From: Hypanus sabinus
Lineage: Eukaryota
Assembly (NCBI RefSeq): GCF_030144855.1
Contig: NC_082722.1
Coordinates: 26,784,001-26,848,000, forward strand
DNA length: 64,000 bases
Direction: 5' to 3'
Shown piece by piece: positions 61,191 through 64,000 of this stretch. How positions within the stretch are numbered: position 1 is the stretch's first letter; every line of letters begins with the position of its first letter. The notes below the pieces were generated by a model that ran no database searches, was not told where the DNA came from, and worked only from the letters and a program-made list of their open reading frames with translations. The position numbers were made by a program, and so were the translations under genes.

Positions 61191-62339
61191 GTAAATACTT
61201 TTTAAGCACATTTGTGGAAAATGTTTGACATACGCAGAAAATTATAATATTAGATCTAAAGGTAACGTGTTGGATCTGACGGAGAATTGCTGAGATTGCT
61301 GGAGGTAAGAGAAGTGAAGAAGGAGTATAGTGTCATAGGTCATGCTGGGTTCACTTTGGTCTTCCACCCAATTTTCAAAGATCTGAATGAAGAAATACAA
61401 TACCAAAGCCTCACAGCTGCTTTGCGTCACTTCTATAGACAATGGGTCTTTTCCCGAGTAAATACGGATGCAAAGAATCCATTTAAGGTCTCCCTGTTCT
61501 CTGTCAGATTCATGCATAGGTTATCATTCTGATCTCCCAGAGGACCAGATTTTGTCCTTTGCAATCCTTTTCTTCCTCTCAACATATCTTAACATACCAA
61601 TCCAACTTTATTTCACACATTTCTACCGTACCGACCTCTACCTTCTCGTACATTTCACATTTACCAAGCTCCTATTTGATGAAAATTTTCCCCTAGACCC
61701 ACTTTAACTCTTTTCTCTCACGCCTTGAATTGATGTATTCTCATTTTCGCTTAACCTATCCTGGGTAAAACACTATAACCTAGGTCTGCCCACGGCCCTC
61801 GTCGCTTAAAATTCCTATATAAGGTCATCGCTCAACCTCTTGTACTCAGGGAAGCATAACGCAGCCTCGCCCTACAGTTAAAAGCTTGTTGTCCAGCAAA
61901 CATACTTGTGAGTCCTTTCTGCACTGCGTTAAGGACTGCCTTCTCTTGTCGATGGCTGGGCGGTCAGTAAGGCAGAGAATGCTCTTAGTGTTTCACTAAC
62001 GACGTGTATAGAATAACAGAACATCCCAGAACCTGCACTCACTGCTTCAACTGTTGCGTCAAGTGTGACAAACACCTCCTTTACCAATCTCTACGTCCAT
62101 CGCCACTTACCCTCGGTCACTGTGTTTTACTTCAACCACCAGGACAAGTTACTGTGTAATTCTAGCTTTATTTTATCCAACCAAATTGCAAAATTTCGCC
62201 ATCTTCCAGGTTAAATTATATCTGCAATTGAAGGACCACTTTCCCAGTTCATTTTCTTTGTTATCTTTCACTTTCTATTGTATCAGCAATTCCGTTGCCT
62301 CCCCGAAGTTATTAATAATGTTAACAATATTATCCTCAA

Positions 62340-63098
62340 ATTCAAAAAAACCTCCTGTATAAATTTTACATCATTTTCATTTGGTGCATAAATATTCATA
62401 AGAGTCCATAGTTCTGAAAAAATTTGACAATGTATAATTAAATATCTTCCTGCCGAATCAATTAATACATTTTGTATTTTAATTGGTAAATTTTTATTAA
62501 CCAAAATTGCAACTCCTCTTGCCTTTGAGTTAAATGAAGCTGCAATAACATTTCCAACCCAGTCTCTTTTTAATTTCTGATGTTCTATATCCGTTAAATG
62601 AGTTTCTTGTAAGAAAGCTATATCTATTTTCATTTTTTTAATGTATGTTAAAATTCTTTTTCTTTTTATTGGTCCATTAAGCCCATTAACATTAAAACTT
62701 AAAAAATTCAATAAATTAGTCATTATTTTTATTTATGTTACTCCAATCTATAATAATACCTAATCTTTCAACTCTCATTATATCCTGGGAAATCTTTTTA
62801 GAAGTCTCCATGTTGCTATGTGTGTCCCCACCAATCATCCAGGCAAAAGAATAGAAGAAAAATAGAAAATAAAGAAAAAAACAAAATACCCCCCTACTAG
62901 TGTTGTGAAAAAAAAGAAACACAACATTACCCCCCTCTATTGTACGGGTCATGGCAATCGCCATGATTACACACGTGAATCCCGTAGTAACCGATTCAAA
63001 GCTCCCCAGCCCCCCCGCAACATGAAAGATATTTATATATATAAAAAAAAACATACCATTCTCAATTTATATTTCTAAAATATTACTTTTCTCCCTAT
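62340..63098 (-). mobile_element. L1/Tx1-type LINE: inter-ORF spacer and APE endonuclease N-terminus (inverted segment)
   Basis: MTNLLNFLSFNVNGLNGPIKRK...LQETHL...GVAIL...NIYAPN, preceded by about 375 nt of non-coding spacer. Confidence 0.88.
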
Positions 63099-64000
63099 TT
63101 GAGAGGTCAGATAATAAGTTATACTTCTAAAATTAAGAAGGAATATATGATAGAAATAGATCAATTGGAAAAGGAGATTATAAAATTAGAAAAAGAATCT
63201 CAAAGAAATATGACAGAAGAAAAACGAAGACAACTTATTAATAAGAAGTTAAAATATAATACACTCCAGACATATCGAACAGAAAAAGCAATTATGAGAA
63301 CTAAACAGAGATATTATGAATTAGGTGAAAGATCACATAAAGTTCTTGCATGGCAGTTAAAAACAGATCAGATTTCTAAAACAATAAATGCAATTCGAAC
63401 AAAAGTGAATGAAATTACTTATAAACCTCTAGAAATTAATGAGGCTTTTAAGAATTTTTATTCTGAGTTGTATAAATCAGAATCAAAGAATGACGATGTT
63501 AAGATAGAAGAATTTTTATCACAAATAACTCTTCCAAAATTAAATACAGAAGAACAGAAGGGATTAGGTATGTCTTTTACAGTGAAAGAAGTTGAAGAAG
63601 CTTTGGGATCACTTCAAAGTAATAAATCTCCAGGAGAAGATGGTTTTCCACCTGAATTTTATAAAAAGTTTAAAGATTTATTAATTCCTCCTTTTATGGA
63701 ATTAATATATCAGGCGGAAAGAACGCATAAACTTCCAGAATCTTTTTCAACAGCTATTTTAATAGTATTGCCAAAAAAAGACAGAGACCTTTTAAAACCA
63801 GCATCATATAGACCTATTTCTTTATTAAACACTGATTATAAAATAATAGCAAAAATCTTATCTAATAGATTATCTAAATGCTTACCAAAATTAGTGCATA
63901 TGGATCAAACAGGATTTATCAAAAATAGACAATCGGCAGATAATGTAACTCGGTTATTTAGTATAATCCATTTAGCACAAAAGAGGGAGGAAATGAGTGT
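63099..64000 (+). mobile_element. L1/Tx1-type LINE ORF2 linker and RT start, open to the window edge
   Basis: About 300 codons without a stop: LRGQIISY...KSPGEDGFPPEFYK...YRPISLLNTDYKIIAK...QTGFIKNR. Confidence 0.92.

Overview
AT-rich, repeat-dense vertebrate DNA. The CR1, Penelope-like, Tc1/mariner, Rex-Babar and L1-type repeats point to a cartilaginous fish, probably a ray or skate (inference). The window holds a cluster of non-rearranging immunoglobulin-superfamily receptor genes with an antigen-receptor-like layout: leader, germline-joined VJ-type V domain, C1 domain, transmembrane exon, 44-nt cytoplasmic exon, then tail exons with tandem ITIM-type motifs. Gene A (minus strand, 7298 to 847, running off the left edge) is intact in all five visible exons. 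Gene C (plus, 47367-55889) is complete. Gene B (plus, 22163-31012) lacks a recognisable leader and V and has stops in C1, TM and the 44-nt exon. An orphan tail-exon relic (D, 15286-16806) is split by two insertions. Upstream intergenic sequence repeated at about 56900-60400 suggests another paralogue beyond the right edge. The most unusual points are a very short V domain (53 aa between the cysteines), an array of 2-3 phase-0, stop-terminated, double-tyrosine tail exons per gene, and a mosaic gene A whose 5' half matches C and 3' half matches B. The rest is transposon debris, including a Gmr1-like Gypsy fragment, a 5'-inverted L1 and decayed hammerhead-like motifs in Penelope termini. Exon boundaries were read by eye from splice signals and paralogue comparison; no database searches were run.
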